From Patescibacteria group bacterium (lineage in GTDB: Bacteria > Patescibacteriota > Saccharimonadia > Saccharimonadales > JAZKJC01): a DNA stretch of 64,000 nt. The stretch is taken from the NCBI GenBank assembly GCA_040384565.1, contig JAZKJC010000003.1, positions 87,195 through 151,194 of the forward strand, read 5' to 3'. The notes beneath the pieces are model-generated. The model was not told the DNA's origin and did not search any database. It saw only the letters and a list, made by a program, of their open reading frames with translations. Position 1 is the first letter of the stretch; each line of letters opens with the position of its first letter. The translations under genes were made by a program, and so were the position numbers. This document shows positions 36,949 to 46,886 of this stretch, piece after piece.

Positions 36949-37191
36949 CTAGCGGTTTTCGCGCTGGCCAGCTGGAGGAGCCAATCCCATTTTGATCTTC
37001 TTCATCTTGATAGCTTTGCGCTCCCGCCTAACAATAGCTTTCTGGCGACGATCCCGCTTACTCAGTGGCTTTTCAAATCGTTCTGCCGATTTAGCAGTAG
37101 TAACAACACCAGCCTGCTGCACCTTACGGGTAAACCGCCGAATCAAATTCTCAACAGATTCTTTAGAGTCTTTCTTAGTAACTTGTATCAT
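36949..37191 (-). CDS. rpsU: 30S ribosomal protein S21
   Basis: MIQVTKKDSKESVENLIRRFTRKVQQAGV... Confidence 0.9.
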   Translation of the reverse strand: MIQVTKKDSKESVENLIRRFTRKVQQAGVVTTAKSAERFEKPLSKRDRRQKAIVRRERKAIKMKKIKMGLAPPAGQRENR

Positions 37192-37200
37192 ATCCTGTAG

Positions 37201-37229
37201 ATTCTATCCTAACAGATAGAATTTTGCAA
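37201..37229 (-). promoter_or_regulatory. Candidate rpsU promoter (TTGCAA-17-TAGAAT), ATG 9 nt downstream
   Basis: TTGCAA at 37229-37224, TAGAAT at 37206-37201, ATG at 37191. Confidence 0.4.
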
Positions 37230-37340
37230 CCAAGAAATATTTTCCAGATAGCAGATAATATTTGGCAAAAAGTTATCAGATTTCAGATCGCAGACCAAAC
37301 CAAACATCAATAAATTATTTAGAGTCAAAGCTGATTAGAT

Positions 37341-37793
37341 TTATGTTTTAGGGTTATTTCTGAACCATCTATTTTTTGCAGCTAATGCAACCCTATATAG
37401 AATGAGTACGCCTAAAGATATGATGTATATTAACAAGATGATAATCATGAATATAGCCATCCAAATCAATGGAAATTGTAATCCCTCCCAAACACCACTA
37501 TTGCAATAACCTCTAGTTTCTTTTGACCCGCTAAAAAAGCCAGTGCTTAGTGCAAGTAACAGTAACCCTGAAATAATCGCAAGTAATTTTGTCCAATATC
37601 GAGAAACTGTCTGTTTGGAGTTCTTTTTCTTAAGGATTTCATACACTTTTATAGATGCCAGACACAGCGCAACAAGAATAATCGATGCAAAGAATAATAT
37701 CTGAAAAGCTGTTTTTTCAGTTGGGGGCGGTAAAAGACAAACTGGACCAGCAAAATAAGTTATAAAATGCATTACTGCTATTATACAGCCCAT
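37341..37793 (-). CDS. Hypothetical membrane protein (4 TM)
   Basis: ORF track. Hydrophobic segments only. Confidence 0.55.
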   Translation of the reverse strand: MGCIIAVMHFITYFAGPVCLLPPPTEKTAFQILFFASIILVALCLASIKVYEILKKKNSKQTVSRYWTKLLAIISGLLLLALSTGFFSGSKETRGYCNSGVWEGLQFPLIWMAIFMIIILLIYIISLGVLILYRVALAAKNRWFRNNPKT

Positions 37794-37972
37794 TGTTAAA
37801 ATTGATGGATTAACCCAGATTAGGTCTAAATGAAAGGTCTAGCTAAAACATATGCCATCTCTGAGTATAGGTATAGGGAAACTAAAGGGTTCAAGCCTTA
37901 ACAGATGGGAAACTCCCACTTTTTCGTTAGGGATTTTCTTTCTTAGAACTTATCGTAAGGTGTCCTGACCCT

Positions 37973-38072
37973 TGCATTTGAGTGCTAGACGTTCATAACA
38001 ATGAAGCACGGAGTGAAGCGTACATTAAGGTACGCTGAAGCGAGTACTGGAATTGTTAGGGACGTATAGTGC
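37973..38072 (+). repeat. Dispersed imperfect-palindrome element, copy B (diverged)
   Basis: GCATTTGAGTGCTAGACGTTCATAACAATGAAGCACGGAGTGAAGCGTACATTAAGGTACGCTGAAGCGAGTACTGGAATTGTTAGGGACGTATAGTGCC. Confidence 0.55.
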
Positions 38073-38128
38073 CAAAAAGACTACAGAATTACCGGCTCTG
38101 CCGGTGAATCTGTAGTCTGGTGCATGGG

Positions 38129-38422
38129 TCAGGGGGCGATTTGTTGCTTTTTTTGGGAAAGTCTTTGTGACTTCAAAACAATACTCTGCAACTCCTTAAA
38201 AATAGCAAACTGCTTATTGGTGTGGTAAATCTTGGTATTGCCCTGACGCTCAGAGATAAGAAAGCCAATTTTTTCTAAACGCTTTAGCTCGCGCTGAATA
38301 TTCCCGGCATCTTCTTTGATAAGCTTGGCTAATCCACGTACATGGGTCTTAAAATCAGGATACTTAGCATAAACAACAATGATTTTGCGCCGAACTCTAG
38401 AAGTTATAAATACATCTAGCAT
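38129..38422 (-). CDS. Small winged-helix transcriptional regulator (ArsR/MarR-like)
   Basis: 97 aa. ..HVRGLAKLIKEDAGNIQRELKRLEKIGFLISERQGNTKIY.. has an HTH plus wing pattern. Confidence 0.6.
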   Translation of the reverse strand: MLDVFITSRVRRKIIVVYAKYPDFKTHVRGLAKLIKEDAGNIQRELKRLEKIGFLISERQGNTKIYHTNKQFAIFKELQSIVLKSQRLSQKKQQIAP

Positions 38423-38568
38423 AAGGGTCTTTCTCCTGTCATGACCTGCTCAACTAGTGATAATTGTGTTAAATACATAAGCTTTTATTGTTACTCCTAC
38501 AACGTAAAGTATATGCCTCCCGGTCAAACTATTCAATACATATTTTTAGAAAAAGCTATAATGAGCCC

Positions 38569-40494
38569 ATGTTCTATAGTGTTTTGGTAGCAAGTCAAAG
38601 ATATCATGGCAAGGAAAGTCTGACCTACATATCGGATAAGCCACTTAGTATTGGTCAGCTAGTAGCCGTACCTATGCAACGCAGGACTATCATGGGGATT
38701 GTTGAGGCCAAAACCTCTAAACCAGCTTTTGCGACTAAGAATGTTGAAATGTCTTGGGATTTTTTTGTACCCCCTAAATCACTGGAACTACTCAAATGGC
38801 TGACAATATATTATCCATCTCCGTTAGGATTAATTACCGATTTATTCACGCCACACTTACCCAAGAAAGTCCCAGAAATACCCCAAATACCTATTAGCAA
38901 AGCAGCGCTAAACGTGCCGCCTTTAAGCCCCGAGCAGCGTGCCGCCATAAAAATAATTGAGTCCTGTGGCCAAAAAAGCGCCTTACTGCACGGCGATACT
39001 GGAACTGGTAAAACCAGGGTGTACCTTGAGTTAACCCAAAAAACGTTGGCCCTAGGCAAGTCAGTGATTGTCCTAACGCCGGAAATTGGCTTAACCGAAC
39101 CATTAGTACAGATATTTCAGCAACAGTTTGGCGCTCAAGTCATTGCCACCCATTCAGGCATGACGCCCGCACAACGTAGAAAAGCTTGGCTAACCTGCAG
39201 CACCGACGAGCGTGGCCTGGTTGTTATAGGACCGCGTTCTGCCTTGTTCTCTCCACTCAAGCAAATTGGATTGATCATCATGGATGAGGCCCATGACGCG
39301 GCCTATAAGCAGGAGCAAGCCCCTTATTACCAATCTAGCCGGGTAGCCGCCCAGCTGGCACATTTACATGGGGCTCAATTGGTACTAGGCAGCGCCACGC
39401 CATCTATAGCTGATTACTTTATCTTTACGCAAAAGAAGTTACCGATTATTCGTATGGTAGAACCTGCTACCGGGCTAAAGCAACGGTCCGATATAAAAAT
39501 CGTTGACCAACGCGGCAGAGACCAGTTTGTTCGTTCGCCGTGGCTAGCAAATACCTTGATAGATGCCATAGATGGCGCCTTAAAAAAAGGCGAGCAATCG
39601 TTGCTGTTTCTCAACAGACGTGGGAGCGCCCGGCTGGTCCATTGTGAACAATGTGGCTGGCAGGCGCTTTGCCTGCATTGTGACGTAGCCCTAACGTACC
39701 ATGCTGACCAACACGCCATGCGCTGCCATAGCTGCGATTACAGCGGCCATGTGCCGACAAGCTGCCCTGATTGTGGCAAAAATGGACTAATTTTTAAGAG
39801 TATCGGGACAAAGGCGCTTGAGGTAGAGATTAATCGCCTTTTTCCAGCTGCCCGGGCAAGCCGTTTTGATGGCGACACACATAAGTCGGTTGGCTTGAGC
39901 AGCCAGCATGCGGCTCTTCAGAGTGGTGAAATTGATATTTTGATTGGTACACAGTCTATTGCGAAAGGTTTTGACCTGCCCTTGCTAAGCGTAGTTGGCA
40001 TTGTGCAAGCAGATAGCGGCCTACAAATGCCGGACTACACTGCCAGCGAGCGGACATTCCAGCTGATTAGCCAGGTCAGTGGTCGAATTAGCAGAGGTCA
40101 CTTACAAGGAAAGCTATTTGTCCAAACTTATGAGCCAGAAAGCCAACTGATAAAATTGGCTTTACAAAAAAACTACTCCGGGTTTTATGAACATGAGATC
40201 AAACAAAGGCAACTTTATGATTTCCCGCCTGCTGTTTACTTGCTCAAAATTACCTGCACACGGTCTAGCCGCAAATCTGCCCTGCATGCTTGCAACAAAT
40301 TTACAGATACAATTAATGGGCTGGGGCTACCTGTGCGTGTGGAGGGTCCCTCTCCACGATTTATAGAGAAAATAGCTGGCAAGTATGCCTGGCATATTGT
40401 CGTTAAATCCAAAGACCGCTCACATTTATTACAAATCATTGGCAATCTACCCGGCAACTGCATATACGATCTTGACCCCAGCGATTTGCTTTGA
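38569..40494 (+). CDS. priA: Primosomal replication restart helicase PriA
   Basis: LLHGDTGTGKT (Walker A), DEAHD and the Cys-cluster zinc motif CxxCxxxxxCxxC..CxxC..CxxC. Start trimmed to 38569. Confidence 0.9.
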   Translation: MFYSVLVASQRYHGKESLTYISDKPLSIGQLVAVPMQRRTIMGIVEAKTSKPAFATKNVEMSWDFFVPPKSLELLKWLTIYYPSPLGLITDLFTPHLPKKVPEIPQIPISKAALNVPPLSPEQRAAIKIIESCGQKSALLHGDTGTGKTRVYLELTQKTLALGKSVIVLTPEIGLTEPLVQIFQQQFGAQVIATHSGMTPAQRRKAWLTCSTDERGLVVIGPRSALFSPLKQIGLIIMDEAHDAAYKQEQAPYYQSSRVAAQLAHLHGAQLVLGSATPSIADYFIFTQKKLPIIRMVEPATGLKQRSDIKIVDQRGRDQFVRSPWLANTLIDAIDGALKKGEQSLLFLNRRGSARLVHCEQCGWQALCLHCDVALTYHADQHAMRCHSCDYSGHVPTSCPDCGKNGLIFKSIGTKALEVEINRLFPAARASRFDGDTHKSVGLSSQHAALQSGEIDILIGTQSIAKGFDLPLLSVVGIVQADSGLQMPDYTASERTFQLISQVSGRISRGHLQGKLFVQTYEPESQLIKLALQKNYSGFYEHEIKQRQLYDFPPAVYLLKITCTRSSRKSALHACNKFTDTINGLGLPVRVEGPSPRFIEKIAGKYAWHIVVKSKDRSHLLQIIGNLPGNCIYDLDPSDLL

Positions 40495-40641
40495 GCTACC
40501 AGCCATCAGCTAATAAGGTATACTAATCGGTGATGAATCCCGTTAGAACTCGACAGCCAGTACCCGACTCCAGTACACCTAAAAGGGTAAGTTTTATTGA
40601 ACCGCCAACTATTATTAATGGGACGAACGAGATCTAACGGG

Positions 40642-41223
40642 ATGAAAACAGCTAAAGATCAAATTATTTACTTGCCCGATAAGCGTTTACGCCAAAGGTC
40701 CACCCGCGTCGGCCTTATAGATAAAAGTATTCAGGAAATTATAGACCAAATGATAGAGTCTACTATGGACTGGGAAGATAGCCGCCAGCACGAGCTTGGC
40801 GTTGCGCTAGCTGCCGTCCAGATAGGATTAACACTTAGGATTGTCATAATCCGTAATGATTTTAACAACAAAGATGATCGAAAATTTCGGGTGTTCATTA
40901 ACCCCGAGATTGTGAAATCAGAAGGTGAATTGATTGCTGATTTTGAGGGTTGTTTGAGCATAAAAAATGTATATGGGAAAGTGCCACGCTACCCCAAAGT
41001 TAAAGTTAAAGCTACTGATCGGGACGGTAAACCTATCCGCATTACCGCAAAGGGTTTCCTGGCACGAGTATTTCAGCATGAAATCGACCACACCAAAGGA
41101 ACGGTTTTTATAGATCACATCAAAGATAACACTGAAGCATTCTACAGATTACAGGATGATGGACACTTACTACCCCTGGATTATGAAAAAGAAATCGAGA
41201 ATAATACTGCTCTATGGAAATAG
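40642..41223 (+). CDS. def: Peptide deformylase
   Basis: GVALAAVQIG, EGCLS and HEIDH motifs. Confidence 0.95.
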   Translation: MKTAKDQIIYLPDKRLRQRSTRVGLIDKSIQEIIDQMIESTMDWEDSRQHELGVALAAVQIGLTLRIVIIRNDFNNKDDRKFRVFINPEIVKSEGELIADFEGCLSIKNVYGKVPRYPKVKVKATDRDGKPIRITAKGFLARVFQHEIDHTKGTVFIDHIKDNTEAFYRLQDDGHLLPLDYEKEIENNTALWK

Positions 41224-42131
41224 TTTTTTTTGGGACTGGACCTGTCGCTGCCGCTTCTTTAGAATCATTGGCTACTAACTTTAGCATTGAGCTGGTCATA
41301 ACTAAGCAAGCCCCTGCCCACCACAAAGGTTCTGTGCCAGTCCTAGAGGTTACGAACAGGCTTGGGCTGGCAGTTGAATTTGCTAACACCAAAGAAGAGC
41401 TTGATCAACTTATGGAAGACATGATTTTTGAAAGCAAAGTCGGTGTAATTGTTGATTACGGAGTAATTGTTTCTAAACGCGTCATCGATATTTTTGCGCT
41501 AGGTATCATAAACAGCCACTTTAGCTTACTGCCTGAGTGGCGTGGTGCCGATCCGATTACCTTTACCATTCTATCTGGACAAACAGAAACTGGCGTAAGT
41601 TTAATGAAAATTGTAGAAGCATTAGACGAGGGCCAACTAATAGCACAGGAAAAAATAGAGATTACTCCAAATGCTACGACACCAAGCCTCACTGGCATGC
41701 TAATCAAAAAAAACAACGAAATGTTTAAAAAATTCTTAGATGAGTACGCTTCAGGAAATATTGTTCCCTATGATCAGCCCGATATCCCTGCCACATACTC
41801 ACGTAAACTCACCAAAGACGATGGCATTCTGGATTGGACAAAGCCTGCAGTTCAATTGGAGCGGGAGATTAGAGGTTATATAGATTGGCCCAAAAGCCGG
41901 TGCGTGCTGGCCGGTAAAGACGTTGTCATCACGAAAGCTCGAAGTGAGCAACGAGCAGTGAGCAGTGAGCAAGGGGTAGAAATTGGAGACGCGAAAGTAA
42001 CTCCGGAAAAGCAGCTGGAAATTCAGACTGGGGATGGGGTGCTAATTATTGAAAAACTGAAGCCAGCTGGCAAGCCAGAAATGTCAGTAGAAGCCTTTTT
42101 GGCTGGGTATGGTCATCTACTCTCTAAATAG
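41214..42131 (+). CDS. fmt: Methionyl-tRNA formyltransferase
   Basis: IVFFGTGP.., the SLLPEWRGADPI motif and a C-terminal beta-barrel domain. It overlaps def by 10 nt. Confidence 0.9.
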   Translation: MEIVFFGTGPVAAASLESLATNFSIELVITKQAPAHHKGSVPVLEVTNRLGLAVEFANTKEELDQLMEDMIFESKVGVIVDYGVIVSKRVIDIFALGIINSHFSLLPEWRGADPITFTILSGQTETGVSLMKIVEALDEGQLIAQEKIEITPNATTPSLTGMLIKKNNEMFKKFLDEYASGNIVPYDQPDIPATYSRKLTKDDGILDWTKPAVQLEREIRGYIDWPKSRCVLAGKDVVITKARSEQRAVSSEQGVEIGDAKVTPEKQLEIQTGDGVLIIEKLKPAGKPEMSVEAFLAGYGHLLSK

Positions 42132-42135
42132 CTAA

Positions 42136-42489
42136 TTAAGCAGCTGCGGGTGGTTGCTCTGGAGGTTGTTGTTGAGCCTGCAAACTTGCAGCTAGTATAT
42201 GTGGCGCATTGGACTTAATTTCTGCTTTTAATTTCTCTAACTCATCGGCCACGACTTTTTTATAATCAGGAAAGTTGGTTTCCAGCCACTTCAGCGCACC
42301 TGGCTCGTCATTTTTGTCTATAAAGCTCTCGAACTCATCTAGCTGCTCATTGGTCATCTGTTCTGCCAGCTTCATCCCAACTCGCATCTCTAAGGTTTCG
42401 TATACATGCGCCAGCATCTTGTTCTTTTCGTCATTGGGCAAGGAGCCAAGTCCTAATTCTTCAAGTAATGCGTTATCTAGTTTGAACAT
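42136..42489 (-). CDS. Small acidic hypothetical protein with a Gln/Pro-rich tail
   Basis: ORF track only. No motif recognised with certainty. Confidence 0.55.
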   Translation of the reverse strand: MFKLDNALLEELGLGSLPNDEKNKMLAHVYETLEMRVGMKLAEQMTNEQLDEFESFIDKNDEPGALKWLETNFPDYKKVVADELEKLKAEIKSNAPHILAASLQAQQQPPEQPPAAA

Positions 42490-42534
42490 ATTGGGTTGAT
42501 CCTTTCCTTTTAATCTATTCTATCATTTTTTAAG

Positions 42535-43002
42535 CTACGACACCTGCAAAACCAGTAATCCCAACAGAACAACCATACCACCTGCCGCACCGATAATCAT
42601 TGGTCGTCGGTACAGTGGGGTACTGATTGTTGATTTTATAGTTTGTAAAACTGGCGTAAGTCCCGCAAGCCTATCCTGTCTGGTGGAAACTGACCGAGGT
42701 TCAGGGTTAGCTGGGTGCTTTGCTAAGACCTCTTTGAGAGGAACCATCCCGCCTATAGTGGGTTCTGGTTGTTTATTTTCCAAGGTTTCGCGGCGGCGAT
42801 CAAAATATGTTTCTGGCTTATCTGCTAGGTCTTCTTCTACTTTGGCTTTGAGCTGAGGGCTCCATTCATATATAGGTGGCGGCACTGGTGGTGCATCCTT
42901 ATTATGAAGTAACCACTTCTCGGCTTTTTCTGGTTTCTCGGATTTAGCATTTGCACCAGTTGATGGCTTTATCTCTGGCAAAATGGGTACTTCTTCCGTC
43001 AT
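42535..43002 (-). CDS. Hypothetical protein with a C-terminal TM anchor
   Basis: ORF track. C-terminal IIGAAGGMVVLLGLLVLQV. Confidence 0.55.
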   Translation of the reverse strand: MTEEVPILPEIKPSTGANAKSEKPEKAEKWLLHNKDAPPVPPPIYEWSPQLKAKVEEDLADKPETYFDRRRETLENKQPEPTIGGMVPLKEVLAKHPANPEPRSVSTRQDRLAGLTPVLQTIKSTISTPLYRRPMIIGAAGGMVVLLGLLVLQVS

Positions 43003-43042
43003 AAAGCGTTATTATATAACTCTAGGGGTATTTTTAAAACCT

Positions 43043-44800
43043 CTACAAGGCTCTGGCAACTATCTCGCGGCTGAAGAATTCCAAGTGGTCGCTTTCTTGT
43101 AATTCCAGTTTAGTGGTTGTGGCCAAGCTAACTCCGCACATCTCGCCTTCAAACACTTCTTTGGTATCCTGAGGACCACGCTTAAGGTTGGTGACTTGGG
43201 CCTCTGCTAAGGCCTCTTTGCCGCGCATTACACGTACCAAAGCCGGGATGGTTAGCTTACCTTTTGTGACTTCTCCACCACAGATTACCTCTGATTTAGT
43301 GGTTTTAAATACAGCTTTTACAACCAAGCGGCCTATGTCAGTTTCTACTATTTCTGGTGGCAGGAGTTTTTGCAACTCTGCTTTAGTGTCATCTATTAAT
43401 TCATAGATTACCCTGTACAAGCGGATTGGGATTTTATCCCTTGAAGCCAATTGCTTGATACTGGTTGGTAAAGTTACATGGAACCCGTAGAGGATGGCCC
43501 CGGTAGTAGAAGCCAGGTGGATGTCGTTTTCGGTGATGGTGCCAACACCTGAACCGACTACCCTTACGGCTACTTCCTCGGTATCAAGTGCCTTTAGGCT
43601 GTCTATAACTGAGGTCAATGAGCCCTGTACGTCGGCTTTAACGATGATATTTAGCTCGTTTAGATCATTGCTCCGGTTTATCATACGGATGAGTTCGCCA
43701 CTGTTAATATCCATACGATTACCACGTTGGCTATCTATGGCTGATTGATTTGACTGATTGCGCGCGGTCTTTTCATCCTCGACAGCCGTAAATGTATCAC
43801 CAAACTCTGGTAATGACTTAAAACCAGTGATTATTACTGGAGTGGATGGGCCAGCTGATTTTAGAACTTCGCCACTGGTAGTTTCCAGGTTACGGATACG
43901 GGCATAGCTGCTGCCCGCCACCACAAACTGGCCTGGTTTTAATGTTCCGGCTTCTACCAGCGCGATAGCCACAGAGCCGCGCCCCTGCTCCATATGAGAT
44001 TCAATAATAAGCCCCTGGCCTGGTACGTCTATATCGGCCCTCAAGTCCTCAACATCAGCCACTAAAAGCACCATATCCAGCAGGTGGTCAATTCCTTCTT
44101 TGGTTTTGGCGGAAACGGGCGCAACGACAATGTCTCCGCCCCATTCCTCAATTAATAGATCTTGCCCGGTCAACTCTTGCTTGACCCGGTTGATATCGGC
44201 ACCTTCTTTGTCAATCTTGTTGATGGCTACGATAATTTTGACGCCGGCTTTACGGGCAAAACGAATAGCCTCTATAGTCTGGGGCTTTACACCATCGTCA
44301 GCGGCGACAACTATAATGACAACATCGGTCAGTTGGGCACCGTGCTCCCTTAGAGCCGCAAAGGCTTCATGGCCTGGTGTATCCAGAAAGGTAATCAACC
44401 GATCACCATGCTTGATCTGATAGGCAGAGATATGCTGGGTAATGCCGCCAGCCTCGCCTTTTACAACAGAAGCACCCCGAATAGCGTCCAGCAGGCTGGT
44501 TTTGCCATGATCAACATGTCCCATAACGGCTACAACTGGTGGACGCTGGCCAGCAGATTTACTGGCAACGGGTTTTGCCCGAACTACTTCATTGGCTGTC
44601 TCGTCTTTTCGGGCTAACTCGATTTCCAGATCAAGCTCACCAACAATAATCTGGGCTGTATCAAAATCAATCCGCTCATTAACGGTGGCCATAACGCCAT
44701 TTTTCATGAGCTCCATAATGAGCTTGGTAACAGGTATACTTAACTGCTCTGCCAGATCGCCTACGGTGATCATATTTTCAATTTCGATAGTGGTACTCAT
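43043..44800 (-). CDS. infB: Translation initiation factor IF-2 (short form, 585 aa)
   Basis: VVAVMGHVDHGKTSLLD, DTPGHEAF and NKID G-domain motifs. Confidence 0.95.
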   Translation of the reverse strand: MSTTIEIENMITVGDLAEQLSIPVTKLIMELMKNGVMATVNERIDFDTAQIIVGELDLEIELARKDETANEVVRAKPVASKSAGQRPPVVAVMGHVDHGKTSLLDAIRGASVVKGEAGGITQHISAYQIKHGDRLITFLDTPGHEAFAALREHGAQLTDVVIIVVAADDGVKPQTIEAIRFARKAGVKIIVAINKIDKEGADINRVKQELTGQDLLIEEWGGDIVVAPVSAKTKEGIDHLLDMVLLVADVEDLRADIDVPGQGLIIESHMEQGRGSVAIALVEAGTLKPGQFVVAGSSYARIRNLETTSGEVLKSAGPSTPVIITGFKSLPEFGDTFTAVEDEKTARNQSNQSAIDSQRGNRMDINSGELIRMINRSNDLNELNIIVKADVQGSLTSVIDSLKALDTEEVAVRVVGSGVGTITENDIHLASTTGAILYGFHVTLPTSIKQLASRDKIPIRLYRVIYELIDDTKAELQKLLPPEIVETDIGRLVVKAVFKTTKSEVICGGEVTKGKLTIPALVRVMRGKEALAEAQVTNLKRGPQDTKEVFEGEMCGVSLATTTKLELQESDHLEFFSREIVARAL

Positions 44801-44850
44801 TTTATGATCACTCCTTTCTAGCCGGTCTGGCAGTTCAATTTAGTTACATA

Positions 44851-45918
44851 CTATTTGGCGTCTTTGAGACTGAGAGCAATCTTACGACCCTCGGCATCGA
44901 TGTCTAATACTTTGAATTTCTTGGTTTCGTTGAGCTGGAATATTTTTTCAGGATCTATCCCCTCCTCTTTGCTCATCTCTGATACATGCACGAGTGCTTC
45001 AACGGCTGGGCTTAATTGAACGAAAGCTCCAAAAGGAGTTATGCGGGTAACTTTACCTTCTACGACATCGCCCTTTTTAAAAACTTTTACTTCGCTCAGC
45101 CACGGGTCTTCGCTCATTTGCTTGAGGCTAAGGCTCAGGCGGTCTTTGTCGATTGCTATAATTTTGGCTTTAACAGTTTGGCCGGTTTTGACGTAATCCC
45201 GGGGGTCTTCTACGCGCTCCCAGGAAATTTCAGAGATGTGGATAAGACCTTCAATGCCGTCAACATTGATGAAAGCACCAAAATCTATAACGCCGGTTAC
45301 GACACCCTCTACGGAATCATCAACCTTTAGTTCAGAGAACCTTGCCTGCATATCATCTTTGACTGCTTCTTTTTCTGAGAAGATCAGCTTGTTATCTTTG
45401 CGGCTGATATCAAGGATACGCGCCCGGATGGTCTGATTGGTTAGCTGATTGAGCTTTTGTAAGATTTCGTCCTTGTCTGCACCGGATACGCGCGGATAGT
45501 GGCCGGCTGCTAGCTGCGATACTGGCAGGAAGCCACGAATGCCCTCTAGCTCAACAAGCAAACCACCCCTGTTAGCATCGTAAGGTGAAATGTCGATGAT
45601 TTCCTGTTTATCAAACAAAGCCTGTAGCTCATCCCAACCGCGGTCTTTAACGGCCCGGCGCATACTCAAAAGCGCATGGCCTTCGTCCATTTCAGGATCT
45701 ACCACACTAGTCATAATCTTCTGACCCTCTTCTAGCTGTTGCCCGTGGCCGATTTCCCGGCGCATGACAACCCCGACACCGTTGGCTCCAAGGTCAATCC
45801 AGACCTCGTGCTTATGCACCGTAGATACAACGCCCTCTATGACGTCCCCTGTCTTTAGCTGGTTTATTTCACTGGACTCCAGCAATTCGTCCATCGTTAT
45901 CGTACTATCTTTTGACAT
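44851..45918 (-). CDS. S1 RNA-binding-domain protein (ribosomal protein S1-like, ~4 S1 repeats)
   Basis: Four GxVxGxV..(F/W)GAFV-type S1 repeats. Start trimmed to 45918 behind a strong AGGAGG. Confidence 0.8.
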   Translation of the reverse strand: MSKDSTITMDELLESSEINQLKTGDVIEGVVSTVHKHEVWIDLGANGVGVVMRREIGHGQQLEEGQKIMTSVVDPEMDEGHALLSMRRAVKDRGWDELQALFDKQEIIDISPYDANRGGLLVELEGIRGFLPVSQLAAGHYPRVSGADKDEILQKLNQLTNQTIRARILDISRKDNKLIFSEKEAVKDDMQARFSELKVDDSVEGVVTGVIDFGAFINVDGIEGLIHISEISWERVEDPRDYVKTGQTVKAKIIAIDKDRLSLSLKQMSEDPWLSEVKVFKKGDVVEGKVTRITPFGAFVQLSPAVEALVHVSEMSKEEGIDPEKIFQLNETKKFKVLDIDAEGRKIALSLKDAK

Positions 45919-46073
45919 GTAAACATGCCTCCTAAAATTCTGCGGCAACCCGTAAGTTGTAACCCCGTTCAGATTTACAAGTATTATATCTGTTCGCATC
46001 TGTAAAGTAAACCGTTAGCTGTTATTTTAGGTTCGTAGTAAACAGTTTGGTTAGAAAATGGTAAACTGATCGC

Positions 46074-46886
46074 ATGTATTTGGCTGTTGATATTGGAGGA
46101 ACTAAGACGCTTGTGGCGGTGTTTACGCCTGAGGGTGAGGTGGTGGAGTCACAGAAATTTCGTACACCTCAGGTTTATGAAGAATTCAAACAAGAACTGG
46201 CTGCAAATGTTGCTAAATTATCTACAAATAACTTCTTAGGAGGAGCGATTGGGATGCCTGGACAGGTGGATCGGGCACTTGGAATAAGCATATCAGCAGG
46301 ACCGAACCTACAGTGGTCCAATTCGCCTTTGGCCGCTGATTTACAATCACTGATTAATGCCCCGGCTGCAATTGAAAATGACGCTAACTTAGCGGGTTTA
46401 AGCGAAGCTTTATTGGTCAAAGAAACCTATCGAAAAACATTGTATATAACCTTAAGCACAGGCATTGGTGGAGGCTATGTGATTGATGGATTGCTCGATC
46501 TCAACACTTTAGATGCCGAGGTTGGGCATATGATTTTTGAGCGTGACGGCACCTTCCGAACTTGGGAGAGTTTCGCTTCTGGGAAAGCAATTGTTGCCAA
46601 GTATGGAAAGCGCGCAAGCGAAATTGAGGACACGACAATATGGGAAGAGATATCCTTAAATATTGCAATCGGAATTATTAATGTCTCTGCGGTATTAACG
46701 CCTGATGTCATTATCATTGGTGGTGGAGTTGGAGCACATTTGGAAAAGTTTATTAATCCGCTTAATAAAAAACTCGCGGAGCTCAAGCCAGGTAGCTTGA
46801 AATTACCTGCTGTTATACAGGCCGGGAGGCCGGAGGAGGCGGTGATTTATGGATGTTATGAGCTCGCCAAGCAACAGTCTCGTTAA
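46074..46886 (+). CDS. ROK-family sugar kinase (glucokinase-like)
   Basis: MYLAVDIGGTK.., ENDANLAGL.., GIGGG... Confidence 0.8.
   Translation: MYLAVDIGGTKTLVAVFTPEGEVVESQKFRTPQVYEEFKQELAANVAKLSTNNFLGGAIGMPGQVDRALGISISAGPNLQWSNSPLAADLQSLINAPAAIENDANLAGLSEALLVKETYRKTLYITLSTGIGGGYVIDGLLDLNTLDAEVGHMIFERDGTFRTWESFASGKAIVAKYGKRASEIEDTTIWEEISLNIAIGIINVSAVLTPDVIIIGGGVGAHLEKFINPLNKKLAELKPGSLKLPAVIQAGRPEEAVIYGCYELAKQQSR

Noticed and set aside
37887-37897. T-loop-like GGGTTCAAGCC suggesting a tRNA
   Set aside because: The only acceptor-like pairing (CCATCT/AGATGG) spans ~57 nt, and no D arm or anticodon arm can be drawn. The AGATGG belongs to a partial REP-like motif (TAACAGATGG).
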